The notes below the pieces were generated by a model that had not been told where the DNA came from, did no database searches, and was given only the letters and a program-made list of their open reading frames with translations. Position numbers and translations under genes: made by a program. Positions 41,484 through 55,394 of a stretch of 64,000 nucleotides of DNA are shown here, piece after piece; within the stretch, counting starts at the first letter, position 1; each line of letters opens with the position of its first letter. Source of the stretch: Phoronis australis (lineage: Eukaryota; Animalia; Phoronida); the NCBI GenBank assembly GCA_002633005.1, contig NMRA01000066.1, positions 804,407 to 868,406 of the forward strand, in the 5' to 3' direction.

Positions 41484-42485
41484 CAGCCATTGAATTGTTA
41501 GACTTCGTCCGGGCTACCTCACGCCTAGCCAGACCGGAGCTTAACTGGAACAAAGGTGTGACAGAAATCAGTCACGGTCGTCTCACGCTTACTCTCCGGG
41601 TAGCCCTCACGCTTACCTCCTGTTTAGTTAACGCTTACCTCACGCTTTCTTCCCGCCTTCCCTGCTTTTTGTATGCCTACAATGTACATGTACTTGTGTG
41701 TCTGCAATAAAGTTGATACTGTAGTTGTTACTAGTATACTTACTATTATAGTTACTATTAGTATATCTTTAACCTGTAATATCATTAGTAGTAGCAGTAG
41801 TATTTGATAGTCTTCGCACTACTCTTTTCTGCATGCATGCATGCTCGCATTTTACTGCCGTTCGTTAGATGATCTGGGCTTCTTGTTCATATTTCATAGC
41901 TCCACTAGGCCAGTGGTGTTTATCTAAATGCAAAGCTACTCCTTATAATAAAACATAATCTAAACCCGTATTCGTGTCACTTTCAGTGCTGTACATTTTG
42001 CCTCTATTGCTAGCGTACGTATACACGCATAACACAAACAATTCCGTAGTCGCAAAATTATTATTTAATTGTAAGCACTAACTTGAACGAAACAATGATG
42101 ATGTATTTAGTCGTAATATACTTGTTCAAGACAAATAAACCCTCTTGGTAGTGTGTCCGGACAAACCTAAATTAAATCTTAAATGGTGTCCTAGTCAAAT
42201 AGCGTACTAGTCAAGATGATTCTAGCGATGAGAAACGAGTGAGGATAGCAATTGAAGACTGTTCCAACTGTAGACAAGGCAGGGAAACTCACGCCTGGCT
42301 CAAGGCTGGCTCGCTCTTCGTTCACGCCTAACTCAAGGTACATGTAAGCTCCGGGTACAGTCACGCTTAGGCCCACGCCAGCGGTCACGGTCGATTCACG
42401 CCTCACTCTCCGGTCTGTCTCCGGTTAAGCTCCGGTCTGGCTATTCGTGAGGTAGCCTGGACGAAGTCTAGTAATTCAGTGGCTG
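41484..42485. mobile_element. Tc1/mariner-like MITE (~1 kb) with ~65-bp TIRs and TA TSD
   Basis: TA|CAGCCATTGAATTGTTAGACTTCGTCCGGGCTACCTCACG..TAGCCAGACCGGAGCTTAAC versus TA|CAGCCACTGAATTACTAGACTTCGTCCAGGCTACCTCACG..TAGCCAGACCGGAGCTTAAC (reverse complement); subterminal CACGCTTA repeats. Confidence 0.8.
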
Positions 42486-43097
42486 TACTAGTTGTTTGGC
42501 AACTAGAAGAAGTGATTGCCCATAAAAACGGATTTCATAAATAATAAGAATGACTATTAGGTGACGCATAATACAACGAATCCATCCAAGATTGGAAACG
42601 TGTCATCGTCTCCTTCATGAAAATCTGTTGCTGCAAGAAGTCATGGCAATCGATGGAGAAACTGCAGAAGCAAACAAACATAAAAATGCCACCAGGGGGC
42701 ACAGCGGCTGCCTTGCACGTCCAAAAGGTGTCGCCGCCCATTGCCACATTCTTAGGAAGACTTTACGGTATTCACCATCACACATCTAATTTGACTGATA
42801 TAAACAATTGCTTGTCACGTCTGGTTATTTTGAGTTGCCAGGATATGAAAACCGTCAAAGGAATTTCAGGGGATTTATTGTTACCAATAACGATTGCTTT
42901 GGTGGAATAAAACGACACCAAACCATGGTTTGTCAGTGGCTTTATCATTGACCTTGTTTAACCTCCCCCCCCCCTTCGCGCAAACGCGTGGCACAATGCA
43001 TCACAAGAAAATATTTTTAAAGCTAAATCTCAAACCATACATTCATACCACACGCAGAAAGAAACTAAACGTCAACACGTGACATCAATTTACACGC

Positions 43098-46000
43098 TTA
43101 AACGCCTGCTTCGTGGTGGCGACCGTCGACTGAGCCGTACTCATTTTCCATCGACACAAAGGACTTCTTATTCGGTCTTTTACCTTTCATGTGCTGTGCG
43201 ACGATGATCACCACAAATATGACGAGACCAAGAAACGCCGTTGATCCAACTGTGATCCCGACGGCGGACGACACTCCAATGCACTTACTGTTGTCTTTGG
43301 ATTCGCCGCCGACTGCTTGCAAAAGCTCCGAATCTGACGGCTCGAGTTTAACAAGCGGCAGCATTGGCACTCGCTTCCACTCTGACGTTGTTTCGTTCTT
43401 GATCCAACCCGTACCAGCTGAGCCCACAATAAAAAGCAAATTTGTTGAGTTCGGATTCTTTCTTGGCTTTCTTTCAAAGGGTGGTCTGATAACCTTGACA
43501 GACGAAAGACCGGAAAGAACATTTGCCTTTACACAATAATCAATTTCGCAACCGTCGTCAAGATCGGCAAGATGTTGTGTGTATCCGGAAGGGCACCTAT
43601 GGGGCCAGTCAGAGGCTTGCTGATTAAAGAAGGAGTACAGACTTCTTTTGTGTACCTTACTCTGCGGCATGGTGAGAACCAACGGATTGCCAGACTTGCA
43701 GCTGAAGAAACCGGCGAAAGGAATTTGATAGACACCGCCCATTTCGACATCATCGCCGACGCACACTGTCATATCGTTTCCCAAATGAAGACCATGAAAA
43801 TGGGGCGGGCAAGAGAAAGATTTCGTCAGCAAATTGGTATGCGTAGACGTATAGACGCCACCGAACATGTACCCCGACCCCTGTTGGACGGAACCGGATG
43901 CAGCACACCAGTAACCCGTGTAAGACGCCTTGGTGCTGTAGTAATAGTTCTGGCAATCTTCGTTGCAACATTTCTTCAGCCATAAGAAACCACAGCTTCG
44001 GCATCTTCGCGCGCACTTATACTCCTTCTTGGTGGAGCCCTCAGTTCCTTCGACCAATTTCACAGGCGTGTAGTGTTGTGGACAGCTAAAGCCACCTGTC
44101 AACGGGTTCCTCTGCGAAAGTTTGGTGCACACGGAAGAATCACTTCCGGAAACCAGTGAGCAAGTCTGATAAACTCCACCTAACGAGAAGTTGGTCAGAG
44201 GGTGAGCACATGAACCGTCGTCGATGTTCGCGTCAAAACTAAAGTTGGGCGAGTCGCGCTGCGTACAACCTTTATACGTGTTAAATTTGTAGTACTGGTC
44301 CACAGCCTCTTCGACGTATTGAGCAATCTCTCTTCGGATGGGATCGGGAACGTCCGGCAGTGTGTTGTGACTGATGACGTAATATATAGGATCACCGGAT
44401 CGGTCGATGGGTACCAGGTTGTTCGCCAGACCAGCCTCCCATTCGTCTATGGTGAAGTTTTTCTATACAAAAAGAAAAGTTTACATCCTGATATTAGAGT
44501 GGAAAGTTCTGTTCTAACTGTTAGAAGTAAATGCTATACTGCGTTCAGATGAGGAATTACTTTGAAAAGGTCGAAAAGACAAGTGACCAGAGGATATATC
44601 TGCCTCTTAAAACAAGCTTTCCCAAAAGCTTCTGTCTTGTGAGTAATTGCCATGCCGTAAATATGCAAAATAGCAACATTCTGGACATCACGTGAGATCA
44701 CCACGGATGAACAGAACCGAATCACCAGTTGCCTTATGGGAATATACACAGTGTTTCCTCACGGTAAGAAGGCAGATATGTCTTCAGATTTCGAGGCGGC
44801 GGTCGATAAGATCACATTAGGACATTTAAGACTGCGGATCAGACATCCATGTGAACGTTGTACTATTCCTAGATTCTATTATAGTTTACATTTTTATTGT
44901 AATCAAATCACATTTCTTCCATACCCTTAAGTTACTTGGATATTGTCAAAAATGAATTTTGAGAATATTCAAATGAACCAATGTACTGAATAGACTACGT
45001 ATTTCCAAACTTAACAGACACGATTGGACAAAATACCGTCTAGCTACACTGATAACCTCGCATAAAGATTATAGAAGAAAATCAGAATGAAGTCTTATCA
45101 ACCACTGGTGAATTACCGCTTTGAGGTATCAGATGATTTTTTGGTTCCACTTCCCTAGGGGAAGTTCTGTGTAGCGTTACACCGGCAGGTCATAAAGACC
45201 AACTTCAAATTATGATGTATAAAATTAAGCGATTTCTTAAGCCAAAAGTTACACTCATGAGTTTCAATCTGCTTCAAGTATAGCTATAAAAAAGTGTTAA
45301 TTTGATTTATTTGCCATCTCAATTTTGTGAGGATCAAAAATTGAACAAAAGCATTCAATTCTAGCCATTGCGTAAAACGGGTTTTTCCAAGGTAAAAGTG
45401 ATATTACCCAACTGCCCTCAGCATAACTTCAGTAAGTCATTGTTAAGAAAACAGATATTGCAGACAAATCAAAATAATAATAGTAATGCAAATCCATTGA
45501 CAGTCACCTGAATGTTATCAGTATATCAGTTCATTTTCAAATGAGATACCTTTCTCACAGCACATATGGGATACCTCGACAACGTGCGTGGTAATAATAT
45601 TATTAGATAGTAAGTCGTGACCTGTTACATAGTATCGTTAGCCAAACGGTTGAACGTTACGCACATAAATTACGTGCGTAAGTTAATTCTTGTTAGAGAC
45701 GTAAAGTAATTATTTAGAGGCGTAAAGTAATTATTTGCGGCGTAAAGTATTTTACGTCGCAAATAATTATTTTACGCCTCTAATAAGAATTAACGTACGT
45801 ACGTAATTTACGTGCGTAACTTTCACCCATTTGGCCAACGATAATCAGCATAATAAGCCAGCGGTGAAAAACGAACTGCTGCTAATGTATAAAAATATTT
45901 TTTAAAATGCGTGCACAAAATAACTCAAAAATATTTTCCTTGGTAAAGGGAGATCATCTTTTGATTGACGGGTGCTTTGGACGAGCGATGATCTCATATA

Positions 46001-49000
46001 CAGTACATGTAGATGTAGAGCTACCCTTTCACATACATGTATCATACCACCGTCTTAAGCTGAAACTGGACGAATTACCTTTGATTAAACGAGCTCTCGG
46101 TGTTCTAAACGGCTAAATGTATGATGTCTTTTCTACGATTCAACATGAAGACTGTGCAAGGGTCAAGTTCATTACCTTGATACCTGCTCCTCCGATGCTC
46201 TTCAAGTTTGACGAAGTTAGGTTTCGTGTGTACCTTGTCTTCGTCTCATGTGAAGCCGAGCTGTCGTATCCACCTCCGAGATTGATTTTGCCAAAAAAAG
46301 ATGCGCTGGCCGCAGCTTTCACTTCCGTCTTCCGTAGCGAGTAGTCTGAGATGAACGTGTCTTTTACCGAGTCTTCTTGGGCGAGTATGGCGCCCACGTC
46401 AACACTGGTCGTGAAATGGGTCCCGAAATCACGCACAAACAGCTGGGCGGTGTAGGACGCCAGTCGAGTGTTGTTTGTCTGAATGTGGGCGCCAATCTCG
46501 AGGAAACGATTTTTGCACGCCTGTGATAGTTGAGCGTCGGGTTGCGCCTTGATGGTGTAAACATGCCGTCTAATTTGCACCCGGGTAGTGGAGGATTTGT
46601 CGTTGTACTGATGTTTTTTTACCTAAATCACGAAAGGATGTTCTTTTTAAAGTGTTTTAGCAAATTAAAAAAGATAGTTTTTAATCAAAACATATTATTT
46701 GCGTGAAATTATAATTAAGGGAGAGCCATTTAATTAAAAATGAAATCACGTCACATTGCCAAAGTCAGTTCGCCTTTTTAGTGAGACGTCATTTTGAAGG
46801 TTTTGAACTAGTCAAATAAAATTAAAATGCCATCATTAAAAACAATAATAATCACTACGCCAGATTTAATTGATGCTGTCAATTACCAGGCACTTTCAAA
46901 CTAATACCTGGCTATGAACCTGGTCAATTTTAATCTTTCTCAGCTCCCCAGGAGCATGCAATGGGTGCAACAGTTGTCGGACCACACCAATTAACCCATA
47001 CCCAAAATTTTGCTAAACAGCCACCGTGCTAACTTGAATCGGAAATATCTAATATGTACAATTTTAAGATGTAATGTCACAGTGCATTTCTATCCACATT
47101 TGATTTGAGTTTCTCGCTGTATTTTTGTCTTGGTTTCACTGTTTTTATTTCGTCATGGTCTTCAATCCCCCGTTTTCTGTTTTTGAAATTGTGCCTCATT
47201 GATTGAAACTCAAAAACTATATACAAACCGTTTCAAAAGATGAGCTATCAAAGCTATTATGTTATGGCAGTTGAGATTTACAATATCTACATGTAATATT
47301 TTACCTCTTCGCTACTGTGAGAAAACGATCCACTGATAAACGAGAAAAATGAAGCTTCTGCGTTGATGCTGCGTGACGTCATATCCGTGTACTCATTCCA
47401 CCTGTCGAACACTTCCGCGTATGATTGCAAGTTTGTCTCCTTTACCGGTAAGGCAAATGTCGAATCAGGTATAAGGTATTTACCTACAAAAGATAATAAA
47501 TTTAATGTAGTCGTACAGACGACACTCAATTGCGGCCTCTGGGCACTGTCCTGTGAGACTAGCACGGGCTGCGTTCCGTAGACGCTTTACATAAAATTGC
47601 AGTTGCGGCAAAAATCTTTGCTTTTGGAGTGTAAACAATGAATTTTACCCAATAATTTATAAATCCAATCCCAAAAAACAACATTTTAACCTTCCCGATC
47701 AATCACTTCAGTGCCGCCATTTTGTTGGCATACGCTAGCGAGCTCCCGAGCGTGTTCGCGAAACACCCTCATTAAAATTGTGAAATACAGCGTATCCTAA
47801 AATGTATTCACACTTCAAATGCCAACAACTGCGCTGTTTTTTTGACTCAGGATCAAGCTTAATGGTTTAAATTCATGAAGATAGATCTGAAAACGAATCA
47901 AGTCTTTAAACATGACGAAATGCATTGTTTATTAACCTCGGAAGAACTGTTGTAAATTAATCCTTGACGTTTTTTAGTTTCCAATAGCATTGCGCAATGA
48001 ATGTTCTTGCTTGCATAAAGCGGCTCCCACTCTTATTCTGACAGATGTAACCATATCGTAGGCCCGGTTACAGGGTCAGGTCCATGTGAACTGAATTTGA
48101 ACTCCCTAGCGGCGTTGCACTGAAGTGTGAATACAATTTTGCCACCCTGTAGACTGACTCATTGTAACAAATTGACCTATCGCCAGGACTATTGAGTGAC
48201 GGCTTAACTGACCAAGACCAATCAGAACGCATCATTCTTGACACATCTTCGTTTTCAATCCGTCATTTTACCCGACAAACAATACGTTGTCGGGTAAAAC
48301 CTGTTGTTTGTTTGTGGACAGGGGGTGGAGCTTGCGATTGGTCAATTGATGTTAGGAAGTCTTCCTACTGATATCAATATGTTCCTTGTCATGGCTTGTG
48401 TTTACCATAGAAAGGATATGAGAGCTCATCTGCGACTGATAAAAAGTTGAATCATTTGGAAGGTTTGACCAAGCCTGTCCAGTTTACATCATTTTGACCA
48501 CTTGCTTTGTTAGCCAATGCCCTCAATGGTCTTTTTAGAGATGCAAATTGTTTTATACCGTGAAAGTAACATATTTTTAAACTCAAAGAGGCATGCACAT
48601 GAATGTACTGTGTGTTGGTGAGGGACGTAATTTATGATTTGTTTTGTGTGTTGATTAAGGAAGAAATGTCCCTGTACGTGCTCGTAGCCTTGGGGGTGGA
48701 ATGAACACTTTCAGAAGATTTGCACCGGCATGTATCAGATCCGCCTTCAAATGCATTGGACCAGAAACCTGGTGACGAGTGAAGAGAGGTGGTGGAGCAT
48801 TGGCAACTTCTGACGACTGGGGGGAGGTACAAACTCGGTGCCGACCGGGAGGCGGAAAATCGGTGAAATCTGAGAGTGGAGCAAAATGTCCGGACGTGTT
48901 GAGACAGAGGTACGCCAATTTTGAATTTTGCATCCCGGGTTTAAACACTTGGCTGCGGGCATATTACACAGCAAAGTTTTTTTCAAAATGCAAGCAATTG

Positions 49001-52000
49001 AACATACAAAGTCGGAACTAGTTTTAAATTGTCCTAATGAAAATGAAATGTGGTACGTGAAGCGTCCTTGTATATGACAGACTCATATTTTAAGAATGCA
49101 TTAAAGAACTGGTAAAAGACTCAGCATTTCTAGATGCTTGATTTCAGTAAGTGAGCCAAAAGATATTTATTCGGGGTCGAAGACGTTAAGCGTGGCAATT
49201 TCCAATCTGATTTTGAACAAATGTTGTGTACTCGACCTTCGCACAATCTCTGCCATTTCCAAGCCAGCACTCACTGTCATCTGTGCACAGTAAACGGTTT
49301 ACGTGCATATCTACATGTATTACCAAAGAGCGGTCGCTATTTCCGCAAACACTTTCTATATCCGCATATTCTCAGTTCCGTGTACTATATTTCTGCGTAA
49401 TCACTGAAGCCAAGAAATGTGCCTTAATTTCCTAGTTATTGCACAAGGTGTGTTCCGTAGACCCAAGACCGTCGCGTGGAAAGCTACTGCGATCGCTTGT
49501 AATGTGTAGCGGTACATGTATCTCGAGAAGACTAGCATAATCTTGCGTTTTTGCGAGTTTTTACGTGTATGGAACCCAATCCAGAAGTGCTACACCACTT
49601 ACCGTCTTCCGTTGTTTTGCAGGTGACGTAAGTGGGTTTCATAACTTGACCCATTTCAAGGTTTCTCAGGTTGTCCCATCCTATTCCAGGGAGAGCCTCA
49701 AATCCATAAATGCCTAAAAGAGAGAGACGATTTCTTGGTTAAATAATGCTTGTGTTCATTATGTTGGCCCAGGTACTTGTGATTACTTCTCTTGTGTTAT
49801 TAACTTAGTTATTGGGAAATTATACGTGTGAGTCAGTGAGTGGCAGGTAGTTCAACAAATTATTCATAATTTGTTCATTGTGTTGAAGAGCAGTTATCTG
49901 GGTGTCAAACAAGTTTTTAATTTACTCACCAGTCGATTCAAATATCTGTGTTTTGAAGTTTATGTACTGAAAACCGGATTATTTTTTGTGACCCAGGACT
50001 TACCAATCGGCCCTCTCATATGTCCAGGCAAAATTAAAGGACGCGCAAAGTTGAACGGGTCTTTCATCGCATGAACGCTGAAACCGGGAAATTGTTAATG
50101 AAAATTTGTGGGAAATGTTTCGAAGAAATCCTCAAAAAAGACTCGCATAGCCAGACTTATAATGTCATGACTGTAAACAAAGGTGTTTTACTCAATGTCG
50201 CTTCACAACCTGCACGTGCATATTAAATCAAGTGCAATCGTATTTAATAGAAACTGAATGTTCACTGCCTTAATTTTATCCCGGGGGGCGCACCACTATT
50301 TTTAGGACGTGGGTGCGGGGTAGGAAAATTAGGATTACCACTCTTTTAGACAGTGGGCACAAACATTAACACTCGATCGCATGTTTCTTTGTCTCTTCCA
50401 AAGTGACCCTCTTTGCAAATCTTTAAAGCGGAAGAAGCATTCGTTGTTTGGCAATGCGTGCGACCGTAAGGGGGCGCATTTAATTTGTACCTCCTGTATG
50501 CTTCGATGGAGNACACACGGCTAAGCTTATTACATTTACTGTATCAATGTACTCATCCTGCTAAGTTCTACAGTCCCGATAATCCTGAGGACCCTAGGCT
50601 CGCATTGTTCCCATTATTGAGGTTACATTGTTACTCCGTCTCGATGTTGGTTTTCTTGCGCATCATAATACGGGCGTAAACCCAAGTGCGCCGACACGAA
50701 AAAGTACACTTATTTTTTAGAAGATCAAATGTTCCATCACTAATGTCACTGTTTTGGTTGAGTCTAGGACAAATGGAAGCTTATGAATATTCGGACGAAG
50801 TAGTTTTGTAGATAATCGAGTGAAACCACACATTTTTTGCTTTCGACCCCATTCATCTTCGACATGTTTTCTGTAGAAAAAGAGGAAACATTAATTAATC
50901 GAACCAAGGGAATAAAGGGCGGGAAAACATCAAGACAGAGAAGTTTTGAGCCCAGTAATGGGGATCATATGTCTGCGGGAAAATCGGTTCGGAAAAGAGA
51001 GATGGGGTTGGGCCAGAGTACACTGCTACGGTCTGGTGTAAATTCAACTAGCTAATTGGAAGCCAAGCCAAATCTGCTACATAACATTCCCCGTAAAACA
51101 CACTCGTTTTACAAGTCAGGAAAATTATTTTTAAAAACGTTTATATATACCTATTCTTTCATGCGATTATAAACCTGCTACATACAAAATGCTTATGATC
51201 CTCCGCATCAGCTTCTACTTCAGGTCAGTGGCAAAAATAATTTTCATCGTTGGATATGCTATAAGAGAAATCTAAATTGGGGTGGCTCTTTTGACGAATG
51301 TAATACATGTACTTCAGTGCCCTCTGCCACCGTACTTTCTTATTATTCTCTGGATCTAGGTCACCACCTTTGACCTATTAGTAATTCTTAAGGTTATGTA
51401 GCGCGCTGTAAAATGGCCAACTTCCGAACATCATATCTACCAAACGGCTGATTGGATTCATGTGAAACTGTATACGGTATGCTGTGTGCACTGTTTTCAA
51501 AATGTTTATCAGAAATGGGACCTTTGTAATTTTAATGAAAAATTTATAAAGTTGCATAAAACGAAAATATTTTAGAAAACTGTAACAGCGTTTTCGAAAT
51601 CTTACCTTGAACATTTGTATCTAGTAAAATTTGATCGTCGTTTTGCTATCATTGTACCTCTTTTGCTAAATCTTTCCAAGACATGGTCACGTGACCCAAG
51701 TAATAAGAGATGGACAAACAGTCAAAAACTCCTTCTACAGGCTTTCTACTTTCATACAATGAATACAGTTTTAAAATCTCTAGCTTTTTTGGATATTTTG
51801 TTAAATGCGCAGAATTGTACATAAGCAATTACATGACCTTGACCAGCAAACTATACGTATTTTTCCAACTTTATTTATAGGCAGTCTGCTTACGTACACG
51901 CAACCTCGTGACTTCCATCATCAGACATCCGTGAGTCATTAACTTTGGCTTTTTCACTGCGCCATGCATAATCTTGTTATTTTGTGTGATACGATTTACG

Positions 52001-55000
52001 ATATTTAGTCTAGTGACTGCACATTGATCACGGTTTTATATGGACATGCCCAACACTAAGCTTCATAATTCACAATAGAAACGTACATGTGTACAGCGGA
52101 ATGAAATTTCTAAGAAAAAATACTATTCACGATTGCAAAATGTTCTTTGAAAAATGACACCACAGATCCGGGCTTTACTGAGAAAGGAAGCATTCTATTT
52201 GTACATACACATGTAGCATTTTTCCTTACACATGTACATGTATATACTTTGTAGAGTGTCACTTTACTATGAGGCTGTGACGAAAACGCTCATGATTGTT
52301 TGACTCAGTTGTATCTCACGAGACGTGATTAGTTTGCTGTAGGCACATTGCACATGCATGCAAAATATTAACAGTTTCATATGAAAGTGCAAACAGGGCA
52401 CGCAATCCTATAGAAGGCTGCTTTAAGCTACATGATTTTGCCCTGTTTGAGTGGCTCAAAACGAAATTGGAATTAAGCCGTTTACTCTCATAAAATAGAT
52501 TTCTGATAATCCTTACCGTGGTACTATTCTAGTTCTGTTTGCAACAAGAACGTGGAAATCTTCAGCTACTCATGAAAGCGCTTAAAAGAGTTTATTGCGA
52601 TTGACAACCAACTCTAAAATTGCGAATTAGAAAATTGCGCGTGCACACATGCATGTATTGCCTGTGAGTTAAGTTGCTAGCTCATCCGGCTACGGCTCAT
52701 TAAACCGTGAATTTTTTAATTTGTAGTAAGCACCACCAACATGTTGAGTGACTTCTTGGAGAACTGCGTGTACAAGGTTACTCAGGAAATAAACTATTTG
52801 CAAATAAATTGCATTGACATATATCAAGAAAATACTTCAACTGATACACTTAAAAGACGCATTGATGAACATATAAAAAACGAGCAATTCCAAATATTAC
52901 GAAATCGTTTTTTCATAGTGAAATAAACAAATAATGAAAATTGTGCTTAATTGTTTCATTAGGGTAACGATGAAATATGACCATACTCATTAAAAAATAG
53001 TCTCGCAAAACGAGACTTTCGTGAGAATGTAATGCACGGTAACTGGTTCTCGGATGGTATCCGCACACTTGAGGACCCGGGGTTGTTTGTAAATTTAGTA
53101 CTTCATTTGCATATTCAAAATCTAATGAGACTAGGCATCTTTCAGATCGGGTGAGGGGAGGTCATGTTTTTAAATCCCAAAGCGCTTCGGATAAAGAATC
53201 CTATGTTGACAACCAAGTAGCAGCGCAGTGCAGCTCTCAACACGCGGCTTAGTTACATACGTGTAGCTTCTAACCGGTCCCCGACGTACATTTACTCTAC
53301 AAATATAAACAGCTACACATATGCCGTTTTGGGGACCTCCACAAACGTTTTACTTCTTCGAAATTTGTTGAGTGGGCCCCCGTGCAACATCCTAGATACG
53401 CCAGGGAGTTATCATGTTTCCTACTATATGTTCTGTCAAATACATGTATTGTAGTGTGCACCAGTACGGTACGCAAACGCTGGACAATTACAACGAAACT
53501 AGTGAAATTTATAACAATAAAATCTCTTTGGTAAACGAAGATTAGTTGATTGCTTACGAAACTGAGTAGTTAATGTTAACCTTTTCCCACGAGTTTTAGA
53601 AAACAACTAATAATACTGCCGAAACTGAGAAGGCGACGCATCATTTACCTAGTTTGATTAACCAACGCCCACGTTGCTTTGTGGTTGCGATGGAAGAAAA
53701 GAAACGCAAACCAAAAGGATACAACAGGGAACACTGGAGGTTAGTTTTGATTGCTATACGGAGCTATTTGTCTAAAAAACATGTCATATTTTTGTGAAAC
53801 TATGTTCGTACAATTCACAGGGCTTTTGGGAGGAGTGAGAAAGCTCTAACCACGGCAGTTCCTTGCCTGTTAAAATCCGTTAAAATGGGGATTCGAGTTC
53901 AACGATGATTTTGTTTTCAGAGTACTAATTTGCAACTTGAAAATTAAGAATAAAAATGAATTTTGAAATGATCTCAATTTGGTCGAGTTGACTCTCTCAC
54001 TCGTCTGTCTGTGTCGAAAATAAAATAAGAATGAAGGGATTTATTGAGCCAAACTTAACACTTGTTAGACCGCAAACTGCCGCATCTGCAGGTTCTGTTG
54101 CAATCCTCACATGGCGGCAGTTTGTACAGACCTTCGACGCACAAATTGTCGTATAATAATTCGTTACAACCAATTTTGTTTTTTGGGGTTGCACAAACCG
54201 TGATAATCTTCACATGACGACAGCTCTATATGCAAAATTTAGATTGAGCACAAATTATCAAAATGTAAATAATCCACAACAATGTGCAGTAACAGGTTGT
54301 TTTCAATCTCGAACCGTTGACCATGGAGCTCTAGTTGAAAGAAGAGACAAGACCTCTGTCTCCCTTACCATTAAGATAGTGATATACATGTAGAGTCAAT
54401 TTAAAATAAAGCCAGGTTTTAGGGCCCTTGGTCCCCCACCCTACAGACACGACCACTTGCACCTACATTCTCAGTAAAAACGTGAATAACACCCTTACAC
54501 GGCATCCTAGGTCGGCCAGTGTTAACGGTTGCGACGGTGATGTCAGGTTACTAAAGGTGATTTGGACAACGTCTTCAACCAAGAACATCATCCCTACCAT
54601 AGCCCCTTCTCTCTTTGTTTTTAGACAACTACGGCTAGCAAAATGTCAGCTTTTATGGGTTGTCTTGAACACCTTTTGCTTTCGACGTGTGGTGCTTAGC
54701 TATATACACAAATCACAATGCAGGATAGTAGCTTCCTTATGAACATGCGCAGACAGACTTGGCGCCGGGACAAGAACGAGAGTTGGCGATTTGGAATCAA
54801 ATTACAAAAGCAAAACAGATTTGTATAGTTTTTAAAGCTCTGGTCAAGGCTAACGCCTTCTGAGAAAGTTTATCATATTCAACAATTATCCGAAAATGCG
54901 TTTTTGACCGTACGACAATGTCCTTCTAATCAAGAAGTTGAATTTTCTTTGAAATCTTACTCTTTATAGTCTAATATCCTGGAACACCTTAAACAAGGGC

Positions 55001-55394
55001 AAAAATAAACTCATTCAATGAGGTACCCCTGACGCAGATAAAAGAGGCGAAACATGTTTTATCATGAAAGAATTATTTAACGCCAAGGGCTTATGATGGT
55101 TTAACTACTCATTACCAAAAACTTAGGTATGCCATAAAATCAACCATGCGAAAGTTATTAACATTTGTACATGTAACTGTTACTCGCATACCTTTATGCA
55201 ACGGGAATAGTTGCGACTCGGTGTGAGTAGTTTTTTACGGTGTTCGTAGACGTACCTTTTTCAAGCTGGCAATTTCGCTTATCACCAACTGGAAACTTCT
55301 GTTGGTCTTTTACCAAGGCTGTTTCCTCTGTTGCGATTACATAACCTAGCACAGGAAAGGCCACAAGGGCAGCAGCGAGAGCGAAGCATTGCAT
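43098..55394 (-). CDS. MPEG1: Macrophage-expressed gene 1 / Perforin-2, copy B; ~746 aa, 5 exons
   Basis: Exons: 55256-55394 (MQCFALAAALVAFPVLG...KFPVGDKRNC), 49603-49713 ([18 protein letters not shown]), 47305-47483, 46176-46622 ([13 protein letters not shown]), 43098-44462 (P2 domain, TM, tail). Internal exon sizes 111/179/447 are identical to copy A; 2241 nt open frame. Confidence 0.95.
45633..45843. mobile_element. Foldback/palindromic MITE (211 bp) in intron 4 of MPEG1 copy B
   Basis: Almost entirely self-complementary: TATCGTTAGCCAAACGGTTGAACGTTACGCAC versus TATCGTTGGCCAAATGGGTGAAAGTTACGCAC; internal repeats of GCGTAAAGTAATTATTT. Confidence 0.8.
50512..50512. other. Ambiguous base (N), possible assembly junction in MPEG1-B intron 1
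   Basis: Single n in the sequence. Confidence 0.9.
51392..51838. mobile_element. Probable Kolobok-like MITE
   Basis: TTAA|GGTTATGTA ... TACATGACC|TTGA: short imperfect TIR and degenerate TSD; internal GGTCACGTGACC palindrome. Confidence 0.4.

Noticed and set aside
46870-47040. Conserved SINE core (Nin/Deu-like) fragment CTCCCCAGGAGCAT
   Set aside because: Too short and degenerate to support without a database search.
48267-48298. Short hairpin TTTACCCGACAA...TTGTCGGGTAAA as a terminator
   Set aside because: Rho-independent terminators are not relevant in a eukaryotic intron; it is likely part of a repeat element.
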